Below are positions 36,344 to 46,671 of a DNA stretch of 46,952 bases, one piece after another. Where the stretch lies: contig JBAJNK010000012.1 of the NCBI GenBank assembly GCA_036881805.1, positions 1 to 46,952 of the forward strand. Direction: 5' to 3'. The position numbers were made by a program, and so were the translations under genes. The DNA is from Flavobacteriales bacterium (GTDB lineage: Bacteria; Bacteroidota; Bacteroidia; Flavobacteriales; JANQLC01). The notes below the pieces were generated by a model that was not told where the DNA came from, searched no databases, and saw only the letters and a program-made list of their open reading frames with translations. Within the stretch, counting starts at the first letter, position 1, and each line of letters starts with the position of its first letter.

Positions 36344-37651
36344 TTAATCCAAGCGAACGATGTGGGCGCCGACTTTTCTCAACTTGTCATCGATACCTTC
36401 ATAACCGCGATCGATTTGTTCTATATTGTGAATCGTACTCGTACCTGTGGCCGATAGCGCTGCGATCAGCAGGGAAATGCCCGCCCGAATGTCTGGCGAA
36501 GTCAGCGTTGTAGGGCTGAGTTCGGGTTTGTGGTTCAATCCGATTACCGAAGCGCGATGGGGATCGCACAGAACGACTTGGGCACCCATATCGATCAATT
36601 TGTCGACGAAAAACAGCCGGCTTTCAAACATCTTTTCGTGGATGAGCACACTGCCTTTGGCTTGGGTGGCCACCACCAATAAAACAGAGAGCAAATCGGG
36701 TGTAAATCCGGGCCAGGGGGCATCGGAAATCGTCATGATGGAATTGTCGATAAAGCTTTGAATCTCGTAGTGCGGCTGTGCTGGAATGCGCATATCAGCA
36801 CCTGCTCTTTCGACCTGGATGCCGAGTTTGCCAAAAACCGATGGTATTTGGCCGAGATTCTCCCAGCTGACATCTCTAATCACGAGCTTTGAACCGGTCA
36901 TGGCTGCCAAGCCGATCCAGCTGCCGATCTCTATCATGTCGGGCAGGATTCGATGTGTACAACCGCTTAGTTTTTTTACCCCTTGAACGCACAATCGATT
37001 GGAACCGATGCCGCTGATCTCAGCCCCCATAGCGAGCAGCATTTTAGAGAGCTGTTGGATATAGGGTTCACAAGCCGCGTTGTAGATCGTGGTCTTTCCT
37101 TCAGCCAAGGCGGCAGCCATCAATACATTGGCCGTACCGGTAACCGACGCTTCATCCAAAAGTATGTGGCTCCCCCTCAGTTCCTGACATGCGATGCGAT
37201 AGAAGCCACTTCGGTTGTCGTAGTGAAATGCGCCACCGAGCGCCACCAAACCCTTCAAGTGTGTATCGAGACGACGGCGTCCGATCTTGTCGCCACCGGG
37301 GCGGGGAATACAAGCCAGCCCAAAGCGGGCCAGCATGGGACCTATGATCATAACCGAGCCGCGTATCGACGCACCAAGCGTGACAAAAGACTTGGATTTG
37401 AGGTAGTCCAGGTTAATCGAATCGGCCTGAAAAGTGTAATCTCCACGACCGTTCTTTTGAATGGTAACGCCCAAATTCTCGAGAATTTGGATGAGTAGAT
37501 TTACGTCCACTACACTGGGAATATTGGTGATGTGCACCGGCTCATCAGTGAGCAGAACCGCGCAGAGCACTTGTAAGGCTTCATTCTTGGCCCCTTGTGG
37601 TGTCACCGCTCCGCTTAAAACACGTCCGCCCTCAACTCGAAAAGTTCCCAT
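36344..37651 (-). CDS. murA: UDP-N-acetylglucosamine 1-carboxyvinyltransferase
   Basis: Start at ATG 37651 (MGTFRVEGG...GAKNEAL). Active-site loop reads PRPGGDKIGRRRLD, with Asp where E. coli has Cys115. Confidence 0.95.
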   Translation of the reverse strand: MGTFRVEGGRVLSGAVTPQGAKNEALQVLCAVLLTDEPVHITNIPSVVDVNLLIQILENLGVTIQKNGRGDYTFQADSINLDYLKSKSFVTLGASIRGSVMIIGPMLARFGLACIPRPGGDKIGRRRLDTHLKGLVALGGAFHYDNRSGFYRIACQELRGSHILLDEASVTGTANVLMAAALAEGKTTIYNAACEPYIQQLSKMLLAMGAEISGIGSNRLCVQGVKKLSGCTHRILPDMIEIGSWIGLAAMTGSKLVIRDVSWENLGQIPSVFGKLGIQVERAGADMRIPAQPHYEIQSFIDNSIMTISDAPWPGFTPDLLSVLLVVATQAKGSVLIHEKMFESRLFFVDKLIDMGAQVVLCDPHRASVIGLNHKPELSPTTLTSPDIRAGISLLIAALSATGTSTIHNIEQIDRGYEGIDDKLRKVGAHIVRLD

Positions 37652-37670
37652 GGAATAAGGCTGTATGCAT

Positions 37671-38267
37671 TTAATATTTCTTTCGCTTGTTGTTGTAATT
37701 CCTTCGCTTCTTTCTCGCATACGTATGGTTGTCCAACCGGTTTTCATCGGAATCGATCAAATCGATTTGACCGCCGGACAGCTGTTTTAAATGTCCAAAG
37801 ATCACCCCATCCGCTACGATACCTCTATTCCAGGCTAGAAAACATTTTTTCATGTGGTTGGCGATGATCATGACCAATGCATCTCGCTTCGGACCGCTTT
37901 TCCAAGTAACCGCTTGGTCGATCATCAATTGAATGTTGCGGCCGTAAAAGCGATACCTTCTGTTTTTTTCCGGATAGGCCAGACGCTTGGGACGCGCCAG
38001 CATTTCTTCCCGCGTCAGTTTTGGATACGGTGAATCGACATCCAAATTGAAGTCCGCCATAATGAAGAGCTGATCCCACAGCTTGTGCTTGAGTTCGGGT
38101 ATATCGCGCAGCTGTGTATTCAAATTTCCCATGACCTCGATGACGTAATGGGCGTCTGCATTTCTCTTTTTCCGATCTTCGACCGTCGTCAAATAATGGG
38201 CCATTTGCTGGACGTGGCGCCCATATTCAGGAATGATCAGCCTTTCACGCTGTGAATTGTATCGCAT
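37671..38267 (-). CDS. DUF4290 domain-containing protein
   Basis: 198 aa. N-terminal YNSQRERLIIPEYGRHVQQM resembles the DUF4290 family start. It lies directly upstream of murA, as I recall for Bacteroidota. Confidence 0.6.
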   Translation of the reverse strand: MRYNSQRERLIIPEYGRHVQQMAHYLTTVEDRKKRNADAHYVIEVMGNLNTQLRDIPELKHKLWDQLFIMADFNLDVDSPYPKLTREEMLARPKRLAYPEKNRRYRFYGRNIQLMIDQAVTWKSGPKRDALVMIIANHMKKCFLAWNRGIVADGVIFGHLKQLSGGQIDLIDSDENRLDNHTYARKKRRNYNNKRKKY

Positions 38268-38289
38268 ACGATTATGTAATAATGGAAAA

Positions 38290-40623
38290 CTATATCCGCT
38301 TTTCTAAGCGCGCAAATTTCAAAAGGAGTTTTTTCTCACCGACATTATCAAATCGAATCGTGGCGCTGGCACTCGCACCTTTACCCGCCAGGCTTGTCAC
38401 CAATCCGATTCCGAATCGTTTGTGTTCCACTTTGTCCCCGATCCGCAGTCGGGGGATTTCCGCAGTTCTACCCAAATGTCGACCGGAAGGCGACTCCAGG
38501 CTTTTTCCACCGACAAAAATAGGCTTTTTATGCGAAATCGCATCGCTTTGACGACTGAATATATGGCGCGGCCTGGCGGGGAAATCAAAAGTCGAGCTGC
38601 GCAGCTGACCCCTATCAGCTGCTTCGGCGAGTTGTGTAAGGGCGGGGGCTGTCAGGTATTTTTCATCGATATCGAATAAAAAACGACTGGGCTCGTTGTC
38701 CACGGGTCGCCCCCAACGAAAACGCGATAGCGCATAAGTTAAAAATACCTTGTTCTCGGCACGTGTAAGCGCCACGTAAAAGAGCCTTCGCTCCTCCTCC
38801 AATTCCGATCTCGAATTCGTGCTGCGCAAAGCGGGAAACAAATTTTCTTCTAAGCCCGCGATGAACACATAGGGGAATTCCAATCCCTTGGACAGGTGTA
38901 TCGTCATCAAAGACACCGCATCCCCTTCGCCTGCACCGTCCTTATCCCAATCGGTGGCGAGTGCAATATTTTCTAAAAATCCGACCAATGTGGGATTCCC
39001 ATCGGCCAACTCCCGCTGTTCATTCACAAAGCCTTTGACACCGTTGAGCAACTCCTGTATATTTTCGTAACGGCTCACCCCTTCAGGGGTTTTGTCCGCC
39101 GCTATCTCTCGCAGTAAACCGGAGCGCTCAGCTACCGCTTTGGCCACATCAAAGGCATCGCGGTCAGCCATTTGGGCTTGTAAGCTTTTAATCAGGGCGT
39201 AAAAATCGACGAGCTTGCGCTGCATGCCGGCGTGAATCGGTAAATCGTAACGCTGTAGGTTTGCTAAGATGGCGTAGATACCCACCCCATTTTGTCTCGC
39301 GGCCACGGTGAGTTTATCCACCGTAGTCCGACCAATGCCCCGTCTGGGAAAATTGACGATTCGGGCAAAGGCTTCTTCATCGGCGGGGTTTACCAAAAAG
39401 CGCAGGTAACTCACCAGGTCTTTGATCTCTTTGCGCTGGTAAAATGAGAGCCCGCCATATACGCGATAGGGTATGTCTTTTTTTCGCAAGGCGTCTTCCA
39501 GGGCCCTCGATTGGGCGTTGGTGCGATACAAAATGGCAAAATCGGAGTTCTTAAGCCGGTTGTGCGCCTTTTCTTCAAAGAGGGTACGCGCGATATATGC
39601 GCCTTCTTCCGCATCGGAATAGGCGCGATACAATTGAAGGGGGGTACCCGCTTGGTTTTTTGTCCAGAGATTTTTTTCGAGCTGTTCCCTGTTCTTTTTA
39701 ATCACGCTATTGGCAGCGCCTATGATGCACTTCGTAGAACGGTAGTTTTGCTCCAGGCGCAAAATTTGCGCATCGGGATAGTCCTTTTGAAAATTGAATA
39801 TGTTGCGAATGTTTGCACCGCGAAACGAATAGATACTTTGGGCGTCGTCCCCTACCACGCATACATTTTCGTATCGGGCGGCCAGGGCCTTTACGATTAA
39901 ATACTGCGCGTGATTGGTATCCTGGTACTCATCGACCATCAGGTAGCGAAACCGATTCTGATACGCGGCCAAAACCGCAGGAAATCGAGTGAGTAAAGCG
40001 TTGGTCTGCAAGAGCAGATCATCAAAATCCATAGCGCCAGCCCGAAAGCAACGGTTTGCGTATTCGGCATAAATCTCACCTGTTTTGGGGCGTTTTGAGG
40101 CCGCATCATAGGCCTGCCACTCCGCATTGCGCTGATAGGCTTTGGCCGTGATCAGGTTATTTTTAAATTGGGATATGCGCGCCCGGATCAGCTTGGGTCG
40201 GTACACATCCTTATCGAGCCCTTTCTCCTTGATGACCTGGGTCAGTACACCGACTGAATCCTGGGTATCGTAAATGGTGAAATGGGAAGGGTACCCCAAG
40301 CGATGGCATTCGGAACGCAAAATACGTGCAAACACCGAGTGAAAAGTGCCCATCCACAGATTCCTGGCCTCGCTCACACCCACGATTTCGGCGATGCGCG
40401 CCCGCATTTCTCGGGCGGCCTTATTGGTAAAGGTTAGCGCCAGAATCTGAAAAGCGTCTGTACCCCCGTTCATCAGCTGTGCAATGCGATAAGTCAAAAC
40501 CCGCGTCTTACCCGCACCGGCACCGGCTATAACCATCACCGGACCCTCGGTAGCTGCCACAGCGCTGCGTTGGGATTCGTTAAGCGCTTTGAAGTAGTCG
40601 ATAAACGTTGAATTTTGCTTCAA
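38290..40623 (-). CDS. ATP-dependent DNA helicase, UvrD/PcrA/Rep family
   Basis: 777 aa with an apparent TTG start. Walker A AGAGAGKTRVLT, DEYQDTN motif, and a C-terminal Tudor-like tail (GDKVEHKRFGIGLV). Confidence 0.9.
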   Translation of the reverse strand: MKQNSTFIDYFKALNESQRSAVAATEGPVMVIAGAGAGKTRVLTYRIAQLMNGGTDAFQILALTFTNKAAREMRARIAEIVGVSEARNLWMGTFHSVFARILRSECHRLGYPSHFTIYDTQDSVGVLTQVIKEKGLDKDVYRPKLIRARISQFKNNLITAKAYQRNAEWQAYDAASKRPKTGEIYAEYANRCFRAGAMDFDDLLLQTNALLTRFPAVLAAYQNRFRYLMVDEYQDTNHAQYLIVKALAARYENVCVVGDDAQSIYSFRGANIRNIFNFQKDYPDAQILRLEQNYRSTKCIIGAANSVIKKNREQLEKNLWTKNQAGTPLQLYRAYSDAEEGAYIARTLFEEKAHNRLKNSDFAILYRTNAQSRALEDALRKKDIPYRVYGGLSFYQRKEIKDLVSYLRFLVNPADEEAFARIVNFPRRGIGRTTVDKLTVAARQNGVGIYAILANLQRYDLPIHAGMQRKLVDFYALIKSLQAQMADRDAFDVAKAVAERSGLLREIAADKTPEGVSRYENIQELLNGVKGFVNEQRELADGNPTLVGFLENIALATDWDKDGAGEGDAVSLMTIHLSKGLEFPYVFIAGLEENLFPALRSTNSRSELEEERRLFYVALTRAENKVFLTYALSRFRWGRPVDNEPSRFLFDIDEKYLTAPALTQLAEAADRGQLRSSTFDFPARPRHIFSRQSDAISHKKPIFVGGKSLESPSGRHLGRTAEIPRLRIGDKVEHKRFGIGLVTSLAGKGASASATIRFDNVGEKKLLLKFARLEKRI

Positions 40624-40670
40624 ATTTACAGAATAATTTTACCCCATATCCGATCGCGTATTCCCATACT

Positions 40671-41048
40671 TTAAATCGGTGATTTCAGCCCTTTATAACT
40701 CCAGTAACCCGCTAGTAAGCCGACGGCAATACTCAAAACTACATACGTAAAAAAATATGGGATTTGTCCCCTTCCCAACAGCTCGACCTGATCGATAACG
40801 AAGGCGGAAAAAGTGGTAAAGCCTCCGCAAAAGCCTATTGCCCATAGAAAATATGCATGGGTTCGGTAAAATTCAGGGTGCTGCGCAGCCTGCCCTACGA
40901 GTAAGCCCATGAGAAATGCACCCAGCACATTGACGGCAAAGGTGCCTGTGGGAAACTGCGGAATGGACTCCTTCAACCACAAACCGATGTAATAGCGCAG
41001 CACGCTACCCATGCCACCGCCCAGAAAAACCAATCCCGCATGCTTCAT
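40671..41048 (-). CDS. crcB: fluoride efflux transporter CrcB
   Basis: Start at ATG 41048 (MKHAGLVFLGGGMGSVLRY). 125 aa with four TM helices and a GFCGGFTTFS motif. Confidence 0.88.
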   Translation of the reverse strand: MKHAGLVFLGGGMGSVLRYYIGLWLKESIPQFPTGTFAVNVLGAFLMGLLVGQAAQHPEFYRTHAYFLWAIGFCGGFTTFSAFVIDQVELLGRGQIPYFFTYVVLSIAVGLLAGYWSYKGLKSPI

Positions 41049-41061
41049 GGTACAAATTTTG

Positions 41062-41069
41062 CAAAGGTA
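41062..41069 (-). promoter_or_regulatory. Bacteroidota-type -7 promoter box (TACCTTTG)
   Basis: Exact TAnnTTTG on the minus strand, 13 nt upstream of the crcB ATG. This implies a very short leader. Confidence 0.35.
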
Positions 41070-41206
41070 ATATGAAAGTCTTGAATTAAGCCGATATTTC
41101 CCACTTCGTATGGAGATTCGGACAATCAAATATATGGCCTTTTTATGAAAAGGGGTGCGTCAAAGCCAAAATCCGTTACTTTTAAACGCAAAATAGGGCG
41201 GAAAAT

Positions 41207-43330
41207 ATGAAGTCGGTACAGCTTTCAAAATACGAGACATATTTGCTTTTTATTCCGATCTTATTCTTCTCATTCGGCCTTTTTAACCGGCTTGAACGCG
41301 CTTTTGAAGCCTTGCAGAAATACGATTATTTCAAAGCAAAAAAGCTCTTTGAGAAATCTTTGAATCGAAATCCGGTACCCGCTTCATATGGTTTGAGCCT
41401 GATTTACGGCCGGCGTGACAACCCTTTTTACAACCTGAAAAAGAGTTATCGACTCATCGAGACCGCGCAGGCGGGTTATGCAAAACTCTCGGATAAGGCG
41501 CGAGAAGCGTTGGCCGAGTACGGTGTGAACCCGGTAACGCTTACCGCACAGGAAAACCATGTATACGAGGCTTTCTATGTAATAGCGAAGCAAAAAAACG
41601 ATTTGAAAGCCATAGTGGATTATTTAGAGACGTACCCGGAATCGCATTGGATACCCGATGCGAAACGCTTTCGGGATAGCTTGGCCTTCGCCGCAGCCGA
41701 AAAGGCCAACACCTATCAAGCCTATCGCACATTTTACCAGACTTACCCCGAAGCAGAACGAGTCGACGAAGCCAAAAAACGCTATCGAGATCGGGTGTTT
41801 CAAGCCAAGGTTGGGGACGGCACGCTGCAGGGGTATTTGGATTTTGTAAAAGCGTTTCCAGGCAACCCCCATGCGCTGCAAGCCTGGGACAAAATCTACA
41901 ATTTATGCGTCACCACGGGATCGGAGCAGCAGAACTACGCTTTTATTCAGCACTATCCCGATAGTCCGGTAGTAAACCGCGCCTGGGAAGCGATTCAATA
42001 CATCAATTTACCGGAAAGAAACCATGTTGCATTTCTGGCGAAATACCCTGAGGTACCCAAAGCTGTCGCCAATCGCTACCGGTATTTGGTTCAAAGTCAA
42101 CCTTACCAGTTTCTCAGTGGTGGGAAATTCGGTTTTGTAAATGCGAGCGGTCAGCCCGTGGCGCCGCCCCAATACGATTTTGTGAATGACTTTAGCGAAG
42201 GCTTGGCGCTGGTAGCTGATTCCGCACATGTGGGGTATATCGACCTCGAGGGAAGGACTGTTGTGCCTTTTATATACGATGAGGGAAGCGATTTTCATAC
42301 GGGCTTGGCCATCGTGGAAAAGGAGGCGCGATTCGGGGTGGTGGACTACAGGGGCAGTTTGGTCGTCCCCGTCGCGTATGATGCCATCCAATGGGCGAAT
42401 GAAGGATTTATTTTGGTGGAGAAAGATGGTGTTTTTACCTATCTCAACCGTCGGGGAAAGGATTGGCTTGGAAAAAACTTTACCGCCGCTGCGCCTTTTT
42501 TTAAAGGCTTGGCCATCGTTGGGGTGGGCGGTAAAAAGGGGGTTATCGATAGGGCGGGGAATTGGGTTATCAAACCTGAATTCCTCGATTTGCAAAGGCT
42601 TTCCAACGGAAATTATATCGCAAAACGCCGGGATGCGTACACCGTATTGGATGCGGGTGGTGCTGCCCGCAGCGCAAGCGAATACGATTTTATCGGCGGG
42701 GAAGGAGATGGCCGAATCATCACAGAAAACGGTGGTGTGTTTGGTTATGCCGATTTGAATGCTAAGGTGCGCATCGCACCTCGCTTTCCGGTTTACCCCG
42801 GCTATACCCGGCAAGCCGTTTTTGAGAGCGGCTATGCCAAGGTGCAACGGAACGGCAAATTCGGTTTGATCGATACAGCGGGCAAACGCATTTTCAATTA
42901 CCTATACGATGCGATTGGCAGCTTGAAAAGCTTTCCGGTAGCCTGCCGGCGAAATGGCAAATGGGGCTACGTCCACAAAGATTTCACCCGATCCGTCCCA
43001 TACCTATACGATGTGGCAAAACCCTTCTACAAACAGACGGCTGTGGTGGCCAAAAGCGGTAAATTCGGTCTGATCGATGAAACGGGTGCTTTTATCATAC
43101 CCTTGCAATACACCCGTTTGGAACGGATTCCCCACGACCTGTTCATCGGCCAAGCGGGCGCTTACTACGGTGTGTGTAATGCAAAGGGTGAAACGCTTGT
43201 CCCCTTTGTCTTCAACCGTATCGAGCGGGTAAATGACGATTTGATCCGTTTGATCGCGCTGGGGCAATACAGCTATTACGATACGAAACGACAACGGCTC
43301 GCCTATGGTGCTATGCCTTCGGTGCAATAG
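41207..43330 (+). CDS. WG repeat-containing protein with N-terminal TPR-like repeats
   Basis: 707 aa. N-terminal anchor, then five ~35-aa repeats of the form YPE/D....A..... The C-terminal half holds many WG/KWG-type repeats (GKFGFVN, RFGVVDY, GKFGLID, GKWGYVH). Confidence 0.75.
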   Translation: MKSVQLSKYETYLLFIPILFFSFGLFNRLERAFEALQKYDYFKAKKLFEKSLNRNPVPASYGLSLIYGRRDNPFYNLKKSYRLIETAQAGYAKLSDKAREALAEYGVNPVTLTAQENHVYEAFYVIAKQKNDLKAIVDYLETYPESHWIPDAKRFRDSLAFAAAEKANTYQAYRTFYQTYPEAERVDEAKKRYRDRVFQAKVGDGTLQGYLDFVKAFPGNPHALQAWDKIYNLCVTTGSEQQNYAFIQHYPDSPVVNRAWEAIQYINLPERNHVAFLAKYPEVPKAVANRYRYLVQSQPYQFLSGGKFGFVNASGQPVAPPQYDFVNDFSEGLALVADSAHVGYIDLEGRTVVPFIYDEGSDFHTGLAIVEKEARFGVVDYRGSLVVPVAYDAIQWANEGFILVEKDGVFTYLNRRGKDWLGKNFTAAAPFFKGLAIVGVGGKKGVIDRAGNWVIKPEFLDLQRLSNGNYIAKRRDAYTVLDAGGAARSASEYDFIGGEGDGRIITENGGVFGYADLNAKVRIAPRFPVYPGYTRQAVFESGYAKVQRNGKFGLIDTAGKRIFNYLYDAIGSLKSFPVACRRNGKWGYVHKDFTRSVPYLYDVAKPFYKQTAVVAKSGKFGLIDETGAFIIPLQYTRLERIPHDLFIGQAGAYYGVCNAKGETLVPFVFNRIERVNDDLIRLIALGQYSYYDTKRQRLAYGAMPSVQ

Positions 43331-43599
43331 GTCTCTTACCGCTCGGGCTGGGACAAGTCTTACAAATGAAGGGAGTTCGCCGATTCGATCCCCACACCGC
43401 TCTCACACAACCCGCGGGTAACCCCAGTGCCATAAATAGTCCAAAATGGGTGTATTCATAAAAGGGTTGAAAATCACAGGTCTCTCCTACCGCGCTGTCT
43501 ATCCCAAAATCCTGGCCGTATCTATGGATTGAGTATACAATTTGCTTTAACCGAGGAGAGCTGGTGTCAGGGCTTTGATTGGTCTGTGGGGCGGTGGTC

Positions 43600-44398
43600 G
43601 TTCTGCTATAGGCTCGCCTTTATCCTGTGCGGGACATTTGAAAAGCAGGTCTTTTTTGTATTTTACCTTTTGTGACGCTTTCGATGAGGGCCTATTTTCT
43701 CAGTGTTTGCCACTATGGATCGGTTTGAAAGGCGGGTCTTATCTCTCATCCCTGTGGGGCATTTGAAAAGGGGGTGTTTTTGGGTGTTTGTCGCCCTGCA
43801 TAGTAGTTTAAAAAGCAGTCTATTTTTGCTTTTGACCTTTTGTAATGTAAGAGTAACACCTCATTTTTCTTCCTCGGTCGATAGTCTGAGAGCCGGGTTT
43901 ATCTCTCTGTTTTTGTAGGACTGGTTTAAAACGTGGAATTGCGCTTTTTGTCCTTTTTTGCTGTAGGGGTGGGGTTGGAAAGGGGCCTATTTTTCTATCC
44001 CGTATATCGGTTTGGAAGATCGGGGTGTGGTGGTTTTTTGGTTTTGTTCCAAGCGGGTAATTAAAAAAGGGATTTTTTGTATTTGTCCTTTTGAGCTGGT
44101 TTGGTAAGCGGGGCCTATTTTTATTCCTGTGTGGCAGTTTGGAAAGCGGGGACTTATTCGGGATTGCGACAGCTGCTATTCGTCACCCATTTATCCGTGC
44201 GTCAATTTGAAAAGGAACGCCCGACTTCTTTGGTCTCTATCTTTTGTGCGGGTTTAAAAATCTGGCATTACGCTTTTGTACTTTTTCTGTGGCATATCTG
44301 AAAGGGCTGGCCGCTATCTCTCGCTTTGCATCGAATTGCAAAATCCCAATCACGGCTCGGAGTGGCGCGCAGCTGAAAAGCCCATCTTATTTTTTTGT
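43600..44398 (+). repeat. tandem array (~18 units) of the GTTTGAAAAGCGGG/T-run repeat family
   Basis: Cores at 43640, 43684, 43727, 43765, 43809, 43847, 43888, 43927, 43977, 44014, 44062, 44103, 44141, 44209, 44255, 44300, 44338 and 44375. The last unit ends about 35 nt from the dnaK stop. Confidence 0.85.
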
Positions 44399-44431
44399 TC
44401 CCGCCACCCCACCAGTCGTTGAATCGCTTCT

Positions 44432-46345
44432 TTACTTCACCTCTTCAAAATCCACATCTTGTACCGAGTCATCTGCTGCTGCAGCCGAATCGGTTGAGCC
44501 AGCTGCGCCATCAGCGCCTGAATCTTGTGATCCAGCGTTTTTTTGCTGTGCGGCATACATCTCCTGAGACGCTTCGCTCCAAGCCTTATTGACTTTTTCC
44601 ACGGCATGGTCGATAGCGCCTAAATCCTGGCTCTCATGTGCTTTCTTCAATTCTGCCAAAGCCGATTCAATCGGTTTTTTCTTGGCGTCGGAGAGTTTGT
44701 CACCAAACTCTTTCAATTGTTTTTCGGTTTGAAAAACCATGCTGTCCGCCTGGTTGAGCTTATCCACTTTCTCTTTGCGCTTCTTATCAGACGCTGCATT
44801 TTGCTCGGCTTCTCGCTTCATCTTTTGAATCTCCGACTCGCTCAAACCGGAAGAAGCTTCGATGCGAATCGATTGTTCCTTACCCGTACCTTTGTCTTTG
44901 GCTGAAACATTTAATATGCCGTTGGCATCGATATCAAAGGTCACTTCAATTTGCGGTACGCCACGGGGCGCTGCTGGAATATCGACCAAGTCAAAGCGGC
45001 CGATTTCCTTATTATCCTTAAACATAGGCCTTTCCCCTTGCCCGACGCGAATGGTCACCGCACTTTGGTCGTCTTGTGCCGTAGAGAACACTTCGGACTT
45101 TTTGGTCGGGATCGTCGTATTGGATTCGATCAACCGGGTAAACACACTGCCCAAGGTTTCGATACCGAGGGAGAGTGGCGTCACATCCAAGAGCAACACA
45201 TCTTTTACATCCCCGGTCAACACACCACCCTGAATAGCTGCACCGACAGCTACCACCTCATCGGGGTTCACGCCCTTAGAAGGCTTTTTACCGAAGAATT
45301 TTTCTACCTCTCCCTGAATTTTGGGGATACGCGTAGAGCCGCCCACCAAAATTATCTCGCCGATATCGGCTGCCTTTAGGCTCGCGTCGTCCAATGCTTT
45401 TTTTACCGGTTGCATGGAGCGCTCGACCAGGTTTGCCGTCAATTGGTCGAATTTGGCGCGGGTTAAGGTTTTTACCAGGTGTTTCGGGCCTGAATCCGTA
45501 GCCGTGATATAGGGCAGATTGATCTCCGTTTGCGAACTGGATGAGAGTTCGATCTTTGCTTTTTCAGCTGCTTCTTTCAAACGCTGAAGCGCCATCGGAT
45601 CTCGGGACAAGTCTACGCCTTCCTTCTCTTTAAATTCGCCCGTCAGCCAATCGATGAGCTTTTCATCGAAATCATCGCCGCCGAGATGGGTATCCCCATT
45701 GGTAGAGAGCACTTCGAATACACCGTCACCCAATTCTAAGATAGATATGTCAAAAGTACCCCCACCCAAATCGTAAACCGCTATCTTCTTGTCGCCCGCC
45801 TCTTTATCCAAACCATAGGCCAAGGCAGCAGCTGTAGGCTCATTGATGATGCGATCCACCTTCAAACCCGCAATCTCTCCGGCCTCTTTGGTCGCCTGGC
45901 GCTGTGCATCGTTAAAATATGCAGGTACCGTAATGACAGCCTGGCTCACATCTCGCCCTAGGTAATCCTCAGCGGTTTTCTTCATCTTCTGAAGGATCAT
46001 CGCCGAGATCTCCTGCGGGGTGTACATGCGGCCATCGATGTCCACACGGGGGGTATTGTTGTCACCCTTTACCACTTTATAGGGCACCCGTTTGACTTCC
46101 TTAGTCACCTCGGAAAATTTATTGCCCATAAAACGCTTAATCGAAAAAATAGTCTTCGTCGGGTTGGTCACGGCCTGTCGTTTGGCCGGATCGCCAATCT
46201 TTCGCTCACCGCCCTCGACAAAAGCGACGATAGAAGGCGTCGTGCGCTTGCCCTCCGAATTGGGGATTACCATAGGCTCTTTACCCTCCATCACCGATAC
46301 CACCGAATTGGTCGTACCCAAGTCTATTCCAATTATTTTACTCAT
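44432..46345 (-). CDS. dnaK: molecular chaperone DnaK (Hsp70)
   Basis: Start at ATG 46345 ([16 protein letters not shown]). Hsp70 signatures DLGGGTFD and [12 protein letters not shown]-terminal EEVK-type tail. Confidence 0.98.
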   Translation of the reverse strand: MSKIIGIDLGTTNSVVSVMEGKEPMVIPNSEGKRTTPSIVAFVEGGERKIGDPAKRQAVTNPTKTIFSIKRFMGNKFSEVTKEVKRVPYKVVKGDNNTPRVDIDGRMYTPQEISAMILQKMKKTAEDYLGRDVSQAVITVPAYFNDAQRQATKEAGEIAGLKVDRIINEPTAAALAYGLDKEAGDKKIAVYDLGGGTFDISILELGDGVFEVLSTNGDTHLGGDDFDEKLIDWLTGEFKEKEGVDLSRDPMALQRLKEAAEKAKIELSSSSQTEINLPYITATDSGPKHLVKTLTRAKFDQLTANLVERSMQPVKKALDDASLKAADIGEIILVGGSTRIPKIQGEVEKFFGKKPSKGVNPDEVVAVGAAIQGGVLTGDVKDVLLLDVTPLSLGIETLGSVFTRLIESNTTIPTKKSEVFSTAQDDQSAVTIRVGQGERPMFKDNKEIGRFDLVDIPAAPRGVPQIEVTFDIDANGILNVSAKDKGTGKEQSIRIEASSGLSESEIQKMKREAEQNAASDKKRKEKVDKLNQADSMVFQTEKQLKEFGDKLSDAKKKPIESALAELKKAHESQDLGAIDHAVEKVNKAWSEASQEMYAAQQKNAGSQDSGADGAAGSTDSAAAADDSVQDVDFEEVK

Positions 46346-46671
46346 GGTTAACCGTTTTCTCAAAAATTATTCTCGACTTAAACCCTGTCAAGCATTATGC
46401 CAGCCATATCGCACAGGGATTTCAAATCGCATCTCTGCCAAAAAGGCAGAAACCGACCGCTACCGGGTATCCCAGGCGATCCCATCACCAGGTGTTTACC
46501 GAAATGACGCCGCCCCAAACAGATGCAGCATGCCAGATGGCCTGCCGCAAACCCAAAGCACGACAGCTCGACTGCAATCACAGACCACAATAGAAATCGC
46601 CATAGGTGAAAGAAAGGGAGACCTGAAAAGCCAATTAAATGGATATCAGGCGTACTATGTCGAGGAGCAGC

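Noticed and set aside
40621-40628. Exact TAAATTTG box at the helicase start
   Set aside because: It overlaps the only available in-frame start codon (TTG 40623), so it cannot serve as this gene's -7 element. The helicase is probably co-transcribed with crcB.
41049-41206. Fluoride riboswitch (crcB motif) upstream of crcB
   Set aside because: The minus-strand leader lacks the conserved GGnGAUG…CCUAC pseudoknot elements. A -7 promoter box only 13 nt from the ATG leaves no room for a riboswitch.
43382-43393. tRNA T-loop-like string GATTCGATCCCC as a tRNA gene or att-site remnant
   Set aside because: The flanks cannot form a T-stem or acceptor stem. No cloverleaf, no CCA context and no integrase are nearby.
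46346-46671. CIRCE/HrcA operator or another classic heat-shock control element upstream of dnaK (and upstream of grpE, 36168-36343)
   Set aside because: No TTAGCACTC-N9-GAGTGCTAA-like inverted repeat is present in either region. I saw only a TTGACA-like hexamer and a near-miss -7 box (AATTTTTG).
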